Shown here: positions 10,412-20,569 of the stretch, piece after piece | Position numbering within the stretch: position 1 is the first letter of the stretch | Layout of the letters: each line of letters begins with the position of its first letter | Assembly: GCA_034530615.2 (NCBI GenBank) | Contig: JAVRCV020000033.1 | Span: 64,001-128,000, forward strand | Length of the DNA: 64,000 bases | Direction: 5' to 3' | DNA from: Aulosira sp. ZfuVER01 | Lineage (GTDB): Bacteria > Cyanobacteriota > Cyanobacteriia > Cyanobacteriales > Nostocaceae | Made by a program: the position numbers and the translations under genes | Notes under the pieces: generated by a model | Database searches by the model: none | Told to the model about the DNA's origin: nothing | The model's input: the letters and a program-made list of their open reading frames with translations, nothing else

Positions 10412-11431
10412 ATGCGTAAGATTGGCGGACAAATACTGGTATGGTTGCAAAGTGGAACATTAAAGCTGTTGATTTTAGCGGGTATCATACTTCTAGTATG
10501 GGGAACTATTGCCCCTGTGGGAACTTTAGTATGGTGGTTAAGTCAAAGTTCTGAAAGCTTAGGAATTAAGAAAAACTCAACGAGAAAATTATCTGGGGAT
10601 AACAGTTCTCTGAAAGTTGATAAATCAGAAAATATCGATTGCTATATAGTTTTTTTACCAGGAGTGGGAGATTTTTCCGCCAATGAATTAACTCCAGGTG
10701 AAGAATTTTTTCTTAATAAACTACAGCAAATTCATCGTAATTGTGTAACAGTACGCGATGTTTTTCCTTATTCCGCTGCTAACGAAAGTTTAGGAGGACA
10801 AAGGTTATTAGCACCTCTATGGAGTGCAGCCGAAAATGCAGATGGTTGGTTATCTAATACAGATGTCTTAATTAAAATTCGTAATCTCTGGCGGTTTGCT
10901 ATTTCTACCGATGACCGCTATGGACATATTTATAACTTGGGAATCGCGAATGCCATTGTTAATCGCATGAATGCCGTATATCCTATACCCGAACATCCAA
11001 AACAAAACCTGAAACTGATTTTGTTAGGAACCAGTGGCGGAGTGCAAGTTGCTCTTGGTGCAGCTCCTAATCTTGAGCGGTGGCTAAAAGCACAATTAAT
11101 TGTTGTCTCTATAGGTGGTGATTTTGATGGCGAAAAAGGCTTTGATGCAGTTGAACATGTGTACCAACTTGTAGGACACCGAGATTGGATTGAAGATATC
11201 AGCCAGATTTTATTTGCTTCACGCTGGCCAATTACAGTAGGTTCACCTTTTAATCAAGCTCGTCGTCAAGGACGTTATACAGTTGTGAAGACAGGCCCTC
11301 ATGCTCATAGCGGATCTCAAGGCTATTTTGGTACAAAAAAAATTGGACAAAGCCAAACAACTTATGTTGAATTAACACTCGAGAAAGTGAATCAACTACC
11401 AATTTGGTCTAATCAAAATCAAAGCCAATAG
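10412..11431 (+). CDS. membrane-anchored alpha/beta-hydrolase-like hypothetical protein
   Basis: N-terminal TM, IVFLPG, LLGTSGG nucleophile-elbow-like motif, C-terminal H..YF. Confidence 0.55.
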   Translation: MRKIGGQILVWLQSGTLKLLILAGIILLVWGTIAPVGTLVWWLSQSSESLGIKKNSTRKLSGDNSSLKVDKSENIDCYIVFLPGVGDFSANELTPGEEFFLNKLQQIHRNCVTVRDVFPYSAANESLGGQRLLAPLWSAAENADGWLSNTDVLIKIRNLWRFAISTDDRYGHIYNLGIANAIVNRMNAVYPIPEHPKQNLKLILLGTSGGVQVALGAAPNLERWLKAQLIVVSIGGDFDGEKGFDAVEHVYQLVGHRDWIEDISQILFASRWPITVGSPFNQARRQGRYTVVKTGPHAHSGSQGYFGTKKIGQSQTTYVELTLEKVNQLPIWSNQNQSQ

Positions 11432-11509
11432 TGCTGGTGCTACAAGTATACATCTTATATAAGTTTGAATATCGACAAACTGCAATTGTACTTAGCAAAT
11501 ACGAAATTT

Positions 11510-13255
11510 CTATTTAAAAGCTTGTTGTAATTCCTGAGAATTCAGAGATTTAATTAAACTTAAGGGTAGTGGTTTATGACTAATAGTATTGATATAATCT
11601 GAGTTTAAGTAAGAATTATAGCTTGGCTGTTGAGCCGCATAAGTTTTGAAAAATAGAACGCTTAAAGCGTTGACATAGCTGCGTGCTAATTCAGGACTAG
11701 AACCGATTACTTGTGTCGGAACGGGAACAACTGCATTTGGTGATTCTACGATAGTTGAAAAGTGAGTGCCACCATTTATTAGCACTAAATATTTATTTGG
11801 AGTAGTCAACCAAGTAAATGGTTTAATCTGTTCTGGTAAAGCTGGAGCTACAGTATCATTACTACCAGATACAATCATTACAGGAATTTTAATTTGGCTC
11901 AGACTGGCTTGTCCAAAAATTTGACTATCAACCGGATTAATCGCAATTATCGCCTTCACTCTCGGATCGGATAAATTATATTGACCCTGCGGTAAGCGTA
12001 CAGCCAAGCACTGAAAGAATAGCGAAATATTTAACGTATCTTCTGGGCTTGGACAGTCTTTTTTGAGTTGTGCAAGATTAATCTTTGCACCTGCTAATGC
12101 TAAAGCTGTATAGCCACCATATGACTGTCCAACTACACCAACTTGGTCTAAATTTAAATGTCCCCTAAATGCTGGGTTAGATTGTGATAAACGAGTGAGT
12201 TCATCTAATAAATATTTCACATCTAGAGGTCGGTCAACAAATTCTCTAGGGTTGGTAACTCTATCTGTTATACCTGATAATAATGCTTGCAACTGCTGAG
12301 AATTGCTACCGGGATGTTCGGGAACCGCAACCACAAATCCATAGGAAGCGAGATGTTCAGCCAAATATGCAAAACTTTGTCTATCAGACCCTAATCCATG
12401 CGAAATGACAATCACTGGGGAAGGTGTTTGTGTCATCGGTAGATAAATATCGGCAGGAAAAGTACGACTACGTGATACATCATTGAGCGTGATAGTTTGC
12501 TTTTGCCAAGTAAAACTTCCTGCTTTTCGTATATCTATCAATGGTGCAACCTTCAGTGCAGAGACAGTGGTTGCTTGCTGTTGGGATTGTTGGTTAATTA
12601 GTGCTACTGCTGCCTGAGTTTGATTTACTAAATCTTGTAATGTATCTACAATTTCCAAACTCCGCGCTAAATTAATTGAGATTGAATTTGCCGGAAATTT
12701 TTGTAGTACATCTAAAAGTGTAAAGCCTTTTGGATCTGTTGCGGCTGCTAAAATCAGTGCGGCGCGAATTGCATAGAAGCCAGATAAATGAGATTCTGTC
12801 TGAATAACTTTTCCTAAATTTGTTAACAGTCTCTCACCAATTGGCGTATAAAGAAACTGAGAAACTTCTGTTGCATTTAAAGAAATAGGAGTTACTAAAA
12901 CTTTTCGTAGTTGAGTTAGTTGTTTTTTATTTATAGAATTTGTATAAGTGGATAAATCTTCATCTACTTTACCTGTTTTAGCATAGGTATCAAGTGATTT
13001 AATTGGAATAGACTGCTCTAAAAGACCGTAATAAAAAGTTAGACGCTCTGCACTTAAAGCAGGATGAACAGTTATTATAGGCAGTAAGCTGATACTGAAA
13101 GTTCCCAAAGCTAATTGTATCCAAACTGCTGGTTTTACTACAAAATCGGTAACTCTGCTCCTATTGAAACACTTCTCCCGATTGCATATAGTGAAATATT
13201 TAATAACCTTCCTGAAAGTAACTGTGTTAACCCCGATCAAAGGTGAATTTTTCAT
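11510..13255 (-). CDS. DUF1400 + alpha/beta hydrolase
   Basis: AERL..YG DUF1400 start; VISHGLGS, GQSYGG, GGTHFS. Confidence 0.85.
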   Translation of the reverse strand: MKNSPLIGVNTVTFRKVIKYFTICNREKCFNRSRVTDFVVKPAVWIQLALGTFSISLLPIITVHPALSAERLTFYYGLLEQSIPIKSLDTYAKTGKVDEDLSTYTNSINKKQLTQLRKVLVTPISLNATEVSQFLYTPIGERLLTNLGKVIQTESHLSGFYAIRAALILAAATDPKGFTLLDVLQKFPANSISINLARSLEIVDTLQDLVNQTQAAVALINQQSQQQATTVSALKVAPLIDIRKAGSFTWQKQTITLNDVSRSRTFPADIYLPMTQTPSPVIVISHGLGSDRQSFAYLAEHLASYGFVVAVPEHPGSNSQQLQALLSGITDRVTNPREFVDRPLDVKYLLDELTRLSQSNPAFRGHLNLDQVGVVGQSYGGYTALALAGAKINLAQLKKDCPSPEDTLNISLFFQCLAVRLPQGQYNLSDPRVKAIIAINPVDSQIFGQASLSQIKIPVMIVSGSNDTVAPALPEQIKPFTWLTTPNKYLVLINGGTHFSTIVESPNAVVPVPTQVIGSSPELARSYVNALSVLFFKTYAAQQPSYNSYLNSDYINTISHKPLPLSLIKSLNSQELQQAFK

Positions 13256-13270
13256 AATTATTATTCTGCA

Positions 13271-14059
13271 TTATCTAGTAAAATTCTCAGAAATCAAAAT
13301 TTTGTAAAGATTAACATCGCTTTCTAGCAAACAGGCATGACCACTATCAGGTAAAATTTTGATCTGATGATGAGGAAAAATCTTAGCTAACCGTTGTGCC
13401 TCATCTGCTGAAGGTAAAAGTCGATCGGATTTACTGCCAACTATTAAGACAGGTTGAGTAATTTGAGCTAGTTTTTGCTGGTCAATATCAAACTCTCTCA
13501 TTAAAGATAAACGCTGATTAGCTGTTGCTTTAGGTGCAGAACGGGTAGATTTCAAAAGTTCTTCCTTAGCAGGAGATGAAAGTTTATTTAAATGCGCCAG
13601 AAAAGGTAAAGATATCAAAGAAGAAAATTTGTAAAAGAATTTTGGTGTTAAAGGAAATAAAAGGGAACCTAGCGTTAACCAAGGGACACGAGAAAAAGAA
13701 GAAGCAGAATTAATTAAAATAATTCTTGTAAATAGTTGCGGAAATCTCTCTAAAATTTTCAGAGCCAAACAACCTCCAAATGATTCGCCACAAAGGTAAA
13801 CAGATGAACGTGGTGCTTTTTCTAGTTCTAGCTGAGTTAAAGCAGCTACTCGTTGTGTCATTTCATCCCAACCTTTTAAATCATCTGGTGGAATTACAAA
13901 ACAATGTACATCAAAAGCAGTCTCTAAACCTGCTGTTTGAATATACATCAATTCTTTTCCAGTCTCATCCATTCCAGGAAGAAATACAAATAAGGGATTG
14001 CGAGGATTAGAAGGCTGGATAGCCAAGAAATAAGAATGACCGCAAACTTGAGATTGCAT
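13271..14059 (-). CDS. alpha/beta hydrolase
   Basis: FLPGMD, CGESFGG, D.LLPS, SGHACLLE. Confidence 0.85.
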   Translation of the reverse strand: MQSQVCGHSYFLAIQPSNPRNPLFVFLPGMDETGKELMYIQTAGLETAFDVHCFVIPPDDLKGWDEMTQRVAALTQLELEKAPRSSVYLCGESFGGCLALKILERFPQLFTRIILINSASSFSRVPWLTLGSLLFPLTPKFFYKFSSLISLPFLAHLNKLSSPAKEELLKSTRSAPKATANQRLSLMREFDIDQQKLAQITQPVLIVGSKSDRLLPSADEAQRLAKIFPHHQIKILPDSGHACLLESDVNLYKILISENFTR

Positions 14060-14429
14060 ATCTATAAATTCAAACTAAGACTCAACTAATTCCGAAATAC
14101 TACTATTGTTTTCCTCTAATTTTTCTGTACTGATATAATCACTAGCTGGTTGTAAATATTTTTGATCGCTTTGAGAATTAAAACCTTGATTCCAAGTAGA
14201 TATCAAAAGATCAATTGGGCGCACTATAATTAAATAAACCCCAAACAATAGCTCAAAATACTAAATTTAGTATTGCTTGTAAAATAATTTTTCTTGCTTA
14301 AAAGTTTGAGCAAATAGTAAAAATTTGCGTAGCAATACCAGCTACAACATTTCCAGCGATCAAAATAGTAATTTGTAATGATTTTTTCATCAGAAAACCT
14401 GAAGTTTTTGCAGTACACCCTCCTATGCT

Positions 14430-14477
14430 CAAAATCTTACATCAGCAAGTTACCCAACTTGCTGATGTAAGATTTTG
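14430..14477. terminator. perfect 22-bp inverted repeat, probable terminator of the dehydrogenase gene
   Basis: CAAAATCTTACATCAGCAAGTT-ACCC-AACTTGCTGATGTAAGATTTTG, 28 bp past the 14506 stop. Confidence 0.65.
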
Positions 14478-14505
14478 GATTTATAACACAGTCTTGGGAA
14501 AAAAT

Positions 14506-15735
14506 TTAAACATTAGCTAAAGCGGCTCCAGGTACTAATTCAACTTTCACCCAGCCTGGTTGCCGTTTGTCAAACGCTTTATATGCATCAAGAACTGACA
14601 TTAGCGGTTCGACTTGGGTTAGAACTTTTGTCGGGTCTACTGTGCCATTACGAACTAAATCCACCAAAGTAGGAATATATTTGCGGTGATTACAATTACC
14701 CATATTGATAGTGAGATTTTTGTTCATCGCCATACCAATAGGAAAGAAATTATGGCTGGGTGGGTAAACTCCAATAATCGAAAGTGTACCAGCTTTAGCT
14801 AAAGCTTCAACCGCCCATTCCAAAGCTTGAGAAGGCGCATTACCGGGATGCCAATTGCCATTTTGTGGATTAGTTTTAGGCGCAATTTGTTGTAACTGCT
14901 GCTGAAATTGTTGTGCTTCTTTACGTGCTTTTTCCGCCGCCGGGCCACTGTCAGGCGCATTCGCATCTACACCAACTGCATCAATGGCTCGATCTACACC
15001 AATTCCTCCAGTTAGTTCGTGAATGGCTTCAATTGGATCTTCGGCATTATAATCGATGACTTCTGCACCCAAATCACGCGCCATTTCTAAGCGTGAGGGA
15101 ATTGTATCTACGGCGATAATCCGTCCTGCACCAAATAGCCTAGCACTAACGATCGCAAACTGTCCCACAGGGCCACAACCAAATATAGCTACTGTGTCTC
15201 CTGGTGTAATCTCTGCAATATCAGCTCCAAAGTAAGCCGTCGGGAAGATGTCAGACAACAGAATTGCTTGGTCGTCTGTGACTTCTTTTGGCAGCTTGAC
15301 TAACCCCGCATTGGCATAAGGAATCCGAGCATATTCGGCTTGCAATCCATCAAAGGGGCCTGCTGCTTCCGGCCCGCCAAAAAAAGCTGTCCCAGCGTTA
15401 TGTCCGTGGGGATTAGCATTATCACATTGAGCGTGATAACCTGTGCGACAGTAAGAACAGTAACCACAGGCAATAGTTGAAGGAACGACAACGCGATCGC
15501 CTACTTTAAAATTCCGCACATTGGAACCAATCTCTTCAATAATTCCAACTCCTTCATGTCCTAAAATTGTACCAGGTTTCATTCCTGTGAATGTTCCCCG
15601 AATCATGTGTAAATCTGTGCCACAAATTGCACTAGAAGTCAGCCGAATAATGGCATCTGTTGGCTCTTTAATTTTTGGTTCTGGGACATTATCTAAGCGA
15701 ATATCTCCAATTCTATGAAAGACAACTGCTTTCAT
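14506..15735 (-). CDS. zinc-dependent alcohol/formaldehyde dehydrogenase (MDR family)
   Basis: ICGTDLH, GHEGVG, CGYCSYC..C structural Zn site, GCGPVG. Confidence 0.9.
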   Translation of the reverse strand: MKAVVFHRIGDIRLDNVPEPKIKEPTDAIIRLTSSAICGTDLHMIRGTFTGMKPGTILGHEGVGIIEEIGSNVRNFKVGDRVVVPSTIACGYCSYCRTGYHAQCDNANPHGHNAGTAFFGGPEAAGPFDGLQAEYARIPYANAGLVKLPKEVTDDQAILLSDIFPTAYFGADIAEITPGDTVAIFGCGPVGQFAIVSARLFGAGRIIAVDTIPSRLEMARDLGAEVIDYNAEDPIEAIHELTGGIGVDRAIDAVGVDANAPDSGPAAEKARKEAQQFQQQLQQIAPKTNPQNGNWHPGNAPSQALEWAVEALAKAGTLSIIGVYPPSHNFFPIGMAMNKNLTINMGNCNHRKYIPTLVDLVRNGTVDPTKVLTQVEPLMSVLDAYKAFDKRQPGWVKVELVPGAALANV

Positions 15736-16412
15736 TGTGAATACTCCTAATTCCTGAGTTTACCTTTCGGAAAATAACTGGTATCTGGCGAATTTAGCTA
15801 ATATGAAATCTGCTGAAATATTTATGCCATAGAGATGAAATATTTCTTACCAAAATTAAATTTTTAAATGACTCATTTAGGAAAAGATTGAGTCAGTTTT
15901 GCACTACATGGCATACGTACTTAGAGACTATAGTATCTATATTTCTATAGTTTCTTATCATCCTCTAGGAGGATATAAATTATAGAGACTGTAGATGGTC
16001 AGATCGGGTAGAGAAAAGTTAAGCAATAGTACACTGGTTAACAACATAGCACTTGGCATGACAGGCTTTTCTACAAGAATCTTTGCAACGCCATATACTT
16101 TCGCTACTTCCCTAAGTTGCCAGTTACTAGCAGAAATTCAACAAAAGCAAAAAAAGAATATCTTCTTAAATATCTCTATCTCAAGGAATATTTTATTTCT
16201 AATTAAATTTTTATATTAAAATATCTAGATAAAACATACATATTTGATAAAATTATTTCTAGATAATAAAGTTAAAATAAATTTGTCATATTAGTTTCAT
16301 TGAGCCAACAGCATCTAAGTTAAAATTAAGCAATAACATATCTTTGATTTAGTTAATCAAATTTATTTAGCATTTAAATAGATTAATTTCTCTAAAAGTT
16401 GAGACAGAATAT

Positions 16413-16844
16413 ATGCAAAATATCCACCCGATGTTTGTTCATTTTCCTTTAGCCTTACTTTCTGTAGGCTTACTTTTTGATATTCTTGGTTATTTTCTGA
16501 AAAAGCAATCCTTATCTAGTGCTGGATGGTGGTGTTTTTCTTTAGGTGTTCTATCAGCGATTGTCACGGTATTTACAGGAATGCAAGCCGAACATTCAGT
16601 TAGAGTTACTGGAGAAGCCCATGAAATTTTAGAGAATCACGAACACTTCCAAATAACTTCTACGGTAGTGTTTGTAGTATTGGGGATTTGGCGCAGTATC
16701 ACCAGGGAAGGTATACCAAAATTTGCCATTATTTATTTTGTCATTGCGGCGATCGCAGTCGGTGCAATTTTCTACGGCTCTCACTATGGCGGAGAATTAG
16801 TGTATGAACATGGTGTGGGTACAGCCGTACAGCCGCCTATATAG
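16413..16844 (+). CDS. DUF2231 membrane protein
   Basis: HPMFVHFP start, four TM helices, GGELVYEHGVG end. Confidence 0.8.
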   Translation: MQNIHPMFVHFPLALLSVGLLFDILGYFLKKQSLSSAGWWCFSLGVLSAIVTVFTGMQAEHSVRVTGEAHEILENHEHFQITSTVVFVVLGIWRSITREGIPKFAIIYFVIAAIAVGAIFYGSHYGGELVYEHGVGTAVQPPI

Positions 16845-16871
16845 AGAAGGAACAAAGCAGAAGAAATTTCT

Positions 16872-16983
16872 GGCATTGCTGAATAAAGGGATGAAAATTA
16901 AAAATTTGATTTCTCCAACTCTTGCTCTCTGCGCCTCTGCGCCTCTGCGTGAGACAAAAATCATCCCACCAATAAGCAACGCC
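16872..16983. mobile_element. MITE with GGCRTTGCT termini and 8-bp target duplication
   Basis: Ends GGCATTGCTGAAT..GGGATGA and TCATCCC..TAAGCAACGCC; AAATTTCT at 16864-16871 and 16984-16991; internal CTCTGCGC tandem. Confidence 0.8.
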
Positions 16984-17086
16984 AAATTTCTTTTAACCTA
17001 CTGCCTTGTTCTATACATTTAAACAAGCATTGTTTAGCATCAATGCAATTACATCAAAGAGAGTAACCTTACCTCAAACAGTAGGA

Positions 17087-17527
17087 TTACTCCATACTTG
17101 GTGTCTCGTCAAATTGCACCATCATCAGGACAGCTGGCGCATCACCTACTGTTCCAGACAAATGACCCTTATGCCCATGTGCGTCCTCTTTCGTTCCCTG
17201 ATCTCCGCCAAATGAAATTTCGCCAGGCCCCATCTCTACTCGCTGTCCGTCCATAGTTTCCACAAACCAGTGCCCTGAAAGCGGTACAATCCACTGAGGC
17301 TTCGGGTTTTCATGCCAGTTTCCCACCCATCCTACTGGTAAAACAGTATACGTAATTGTGGCACCAGGCTGCTTCAATTTAGCCAGCCATTGAGGAGAGG
17401 TATCTGGTGCTATACCTTTTTGAATGAAATCCTCAATCTGACGGCGGGACTGGTGACTTACACCGTCTTGATCAGTCCAAACATACCAGTAGTCAATTGT
17501 CGGTTTGCGCGATTGATTATTCTGCAT
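17087..17527 (-). CDS. cupin domain protein (start at MQNNQS preferred)
   Basis: VWTD.DGVSH, WHENPKPQW..PLSG.W.VE..DG, GH.SG cupin motifs; the longer start overlaps the upstream gene. Confidence 0.8.
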   Translation of the reverse strand: MQNNQSRKPTIDYWYVWTDQDGVSHQSRRQIEDFIQKGIAPDTSPQWLAKLKQPGATITYTVLPVGWVGNWHENPKPQWIVPLSGHWFVETMDGQRVEMGPGEISFGGDQGTKEDAHGHKGHLSGTVGDAPAVLMMVQFDETPSME

Positions 17528-17570
17528 AAAAATGCCTCTTTTTGACTGGTGTATTAGCAGGCGATCGCTA

Positions 17571-18044
17571 TTATTGGATAATGCCTGGTTGTACTGGTCT
17601 AACTCTGACTTTACCTGTACAAGCATTAATTGTTTCTGGCAAAGTGAAATGGTGGTAGGCGTTTGGCGGCGTGATTTCAATCTTCACAGAGGTTGGACAA
17701 GACTGACCAACATCTGTAATGTGGTTGTAAGCAATATCGAATGAAGCTTGCCCATTTGGGGCTAAAGTCACTTGTTGTAGAGACTGCTGTTTTGCAGAAT
17801 ATGGGTTTGAGGAACGTATCACTTTCACGCCTTTTAGCGGCTGATTTTTAGAATCTAGCAACTCAAATCCCGGATAACCATAGAGGTTGCAAGGCAATGA
17901 GCTTTTATTAGTAAAAGCATAAATAATGGCAACCTTTCCTGCACCAGCATTTGTAGATACTTTACGTACAGATAATTGTTCAGTTTGGCAACTTGGAGGA
18001 TGAGAAGCAGAGTTAGTTTGAGGGCTAGAACGTTCTGTAGTCAC
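17571..18044 (-). CDS. DUF4232 domain protein, possibly 5'-truncated
   Basis: C...L, FTNKS..PC.LYGYPG, VTLAPNGQASF, C...ITPP; in-frame TGA 15 codons upstream, no signal peptide. Confidence 0.65.
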   Translation of the reverse strand: MTTERSSPQTNSASHPPSCQTEQLSVRKVSTNAGAGKVAIIYAFTNKSSLPCNLYGYPGFELLDSKNQPLKGVKVIRSSNPYSAKQQSLQQVTLAPNGQASFDIAYNHITDVGQSCPTSVKIEITPPNAYHHFTLPETINACTGKVRVRPVQPGIIQ

Positions 18045-18092
18045 TGGCGTTGAATCTGCAAAACATCTAATACCGTTGTGACAATCTCACAA

Positions 18093-20483
18093 CTAATTAA
18101 CTGAAACTGTATAATTACGCTCTTCCCATTTATTACTATCAACCCAGAAAAATGTAAAGCTAACTGTTTGTTGTTGAGCAGATACAGGAATATCAACGAA
18201 ATTCAATCCTAATTTTGTGGCAGTAGAAGGCGTATCTTGTGTAGTTTGCCAGTTATCATCTGACCAGTGCAACTGAAAATATTCTAAAGCTTGAATTCGC
18301 AATGTCTGGTCTTTTTTGACTTGCTTTATTTGGCGGTTAAACTTCCAAATTTCTAATGATTTACACTGCTTTCTTTCACCTAAATATCGATTCGCTACTT
18401 CTGGAATAAAATCAAAAACCTGACCATCATTAGTTGACCGCAGCAGTTTGATATACTCGGCGTGCGCCCACATTAAAGGCATTGCTGAACCTGTGGGTTT
18501 TCCTAAATACATATGAACATCAGGTTTATCGGCTTCATCCCAAACTTGTTCTGGTAGCAAACAAGTTTCTGAAGCAAATCCTTCCATCGCTTTGATATAT
18601 GTTTTGACATCACCACCAGCGGCTAATTCATAGTGTCCTCGTTCTCCTGTTAAAAGAGGCCAAGCACGTCCTTTACCCCAATCAACATAAGGCTCTCCAT
18701 TTTCTTGCTGTCCGTAACCGTCGTGATTGTAACGATGCCAACAAGGCCCGACTGGTGTATCTACTTTTAAGACTGCATCAATTACCTTGACAGAATCAAC
18801 AATAATTGGATCGTTGGGTTTACGAATTCCATAACGCACCAATTGTAAAAACCCGCCATCGACAATTTCTTTTGCAGGAAATTCTGTTGGTTCCCCTGGT
18901 GGCTGGCTAGCGATGAAAATAGTTCCTTGGTTTGGATTTTCGTTAGGTTGAGGATTATTAATCTCTGTAGGAGTAATCCGAATATAATGCCGTTTGATTC
19001 CAGGAACTAGAGTGCCTTCAGTAGTTACTGTCCAGTCTTCAATGTGAGATTCTAAAAAATCTGCGTATTCTTCGATGAATTGCGCTGTTGCTTCATCACC
19101 GATTTCACGCACAAATTGCGCCGCGCAGATTAAGCCAGCAATATTGGCTGCTAGTGTAGAAGGTGAATAACCGCTACATTCCTCCCAGCGTTCTTGTTGG
19201 GTAGCAGGGCCATGACGAATTAAATAACCCGCAGCCCGTAAAATCATGGGATAAATATCAAAGTTTAGTGGTACATTTTCCTGATGTAAAAGCCATGCTA
19301 GAAGAATCGGAAATGCTACTTCATCTAGTTGGATGCCTTTCCAATAGGGTTCGCCATCAACCCAGAAATTTTGCGCAAATCCGCCGTCTTCCTGTTGACT
19401 GGTAGCAAGATAAATCAGCGATCGCACTGCGGTATCAGTTTCCCCAGCGGCCACTAAACCTGCTACACTGCTCACCATATCCCGCGTCCAGACTAGGTGA
19501 TATCCTCCTTGGTCTTGGTCATCTTTAGCTTCACCCCAAGGTATAGCCATAGATGCAATCAAAGCACCAGGATAAGTTTTATCTTCATGCGCCAACAATA
19601 GACTAACGCTGTTGTGATACAACTTTCCTCGATCGTAGGAACTATTTTCTAACGGTTTGATGTCGCTACGCGATCGCTTCCACTGTTCGTTGTATTGCTG
19701 CTTTTGCTGTTCAAAAGGAATATTGAGCGACTGAAACAATGTGGAAATTGCATTGTGCAGTGTTGTACCGAATGCCAATCCTAAAGTAAACTCTTTACTG
19801 GCATTGAGATTTAGTTTTCCAGTCAAAGCCAAGTTGCCATCTAGAGCACGATCGAACTCCCAATCCATCAGAAAATTATCAGCTAAATCTGTCCAGCCAT
19901 CGCTTTGTCCAACATAGCCACAGGAAAGACGAGTAAACGGAACTGTTGCGCCTAGTGCTAACCAAGTTCCTCCTTTTTCTGCTACGAGAATATTTTTTCC
20001 AGCTACTTCTACCGCGTAACCATTATTACCTCTACCGCTAACTTCCAGATGCGGCGCACACAAAGCGTATAGCTGAAGTTGGGAAATAAAATCCCGATCT
20101 CCCGTTAATTTTGTGTGCTGTAAAATACAGGATAAATGCGGATCGGCGATCGCTTCCTTAATCACGGCATAACGCCCTTGGGGATCGGAATTAGTAATGC
20201 GGTATCCTAAGCCATAAGTCCACAGATGTTCTACTTTCGATTCTAAATGGCGTTTCTCTTCGTGGAAAAAGCTTTTGCCATCAGAAATTAGATATTGCAA
20301 ATCCCGAATTTGGGGTCTATCTACTGTAGGATGGTAGACCTCAGTGACAATGCCGTTCCAGACAGTAAACCAAACGCGACTGGAGGTAGAGTAGGCTGTT
20401 CCGACTGCATCTTTATTCGCATGAGTCCATCGCGGATCTATACCTGGTGAGCCAAAAGCCTGTGCTTGACTAAGAATTTTCAT
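18093..20483 (-). CDS. glucoamylase / glucan 1,4-alpha-glucosidase (GH15)
   Basis: APG-type N-terminus, GGYHLVWTRD, QERWEE, RYNHDGYG, GRAWPLLTGERG, LPEQVWD, PLMWAHAEY. Confidence 0.9.
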   Translation of the reverse strand: MKILSQAQAFGSPGIDPRWTHANKDAVGTAYSTSSRVWFTVWNGIVTEVYHPTVDRPQIRDLQYLISDGKSFFHEEKRHLESKVEHLWTYGLGYRITNSDPQGRYAVIKEAIADPHLSCILQHTKLTGDRDFISQLQLYALCAPHLEVSGRGNNGYAVEVAGKNILVAEKGGTWLALGATVPFTRLSCGYVGQSDGWTDLADNFLMDWEFDRALDGNLALTGKLNLNASKEFTLGLAFGTTLHNAISTLFQSLNIPFEQQKQQYNEQWKRSRSDIKPLENSSYDRGKLYHNSVSLLLAHEDKTYPGALIASMAIPWGEAKDDQDQGGYHLVWTRDMVSSVAGLVAAGETDTAVRSLIYLATSQQEDGGFAQNFWVDGEPYWKGIQLDEVAFPILLAWLLHQENVPLNFDIYPMILRAAGYLIRHGPATQQERWEECSGYSPSTLAANIAGLICAAQFVREIGDEATAQFIEEYADFLESHIEDWTVTTEGTLVPGIKRHYIRITPTEINNPQPNENPNQGTIFIASQPPGEPTEFPAKEIVDGGFLQLVRYGIRKPNDPIIVDSVKVIDAVLKVDTPVGPCWHRYNHDGYGQQENGEPYVDWGKGRAWPLLTGERGHYELAAGGDVKTYIKAMEGFASETCLLPEQVWDEADKPDVHMYLGKPTGSAMPLMWAHAEYIKLLRSTNDGQVFDFIPEVANRYLGERKQCKSLEIWKFNRQIKQVKKDQTLRIQALEYFQLHWSDDNWQTTQDTPSTATKLGLNFVDIPVSAQQQTVSFTFFWVDSNKWEERNYTVSVN

Positions 20484-20569
20484 GATTTAGCTTTGAGTAG
20501 CTTTTTGGTTATTTTTTTTGATAACTATTGATAGTTTTTTCAAAAAGTAAGATTGCAAATACAGAGAGT

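Noticed and set aside
14100..14420. Possible degraded membrane-protein gene (MKKSLQITILIAG...) on the minus strand
   Set aside because: Multiple stops and no family I can recognise
15995..16219. 74-aa intergenic ORF
   Set aside because: No RBS or recognisable motif; lies in AT-rich promoter DNA
16797..17215. Short ORFs overlapping the MITE and the cupin 3' end
   Set aside because: Repeat-derived or antisense shadows with no coding features
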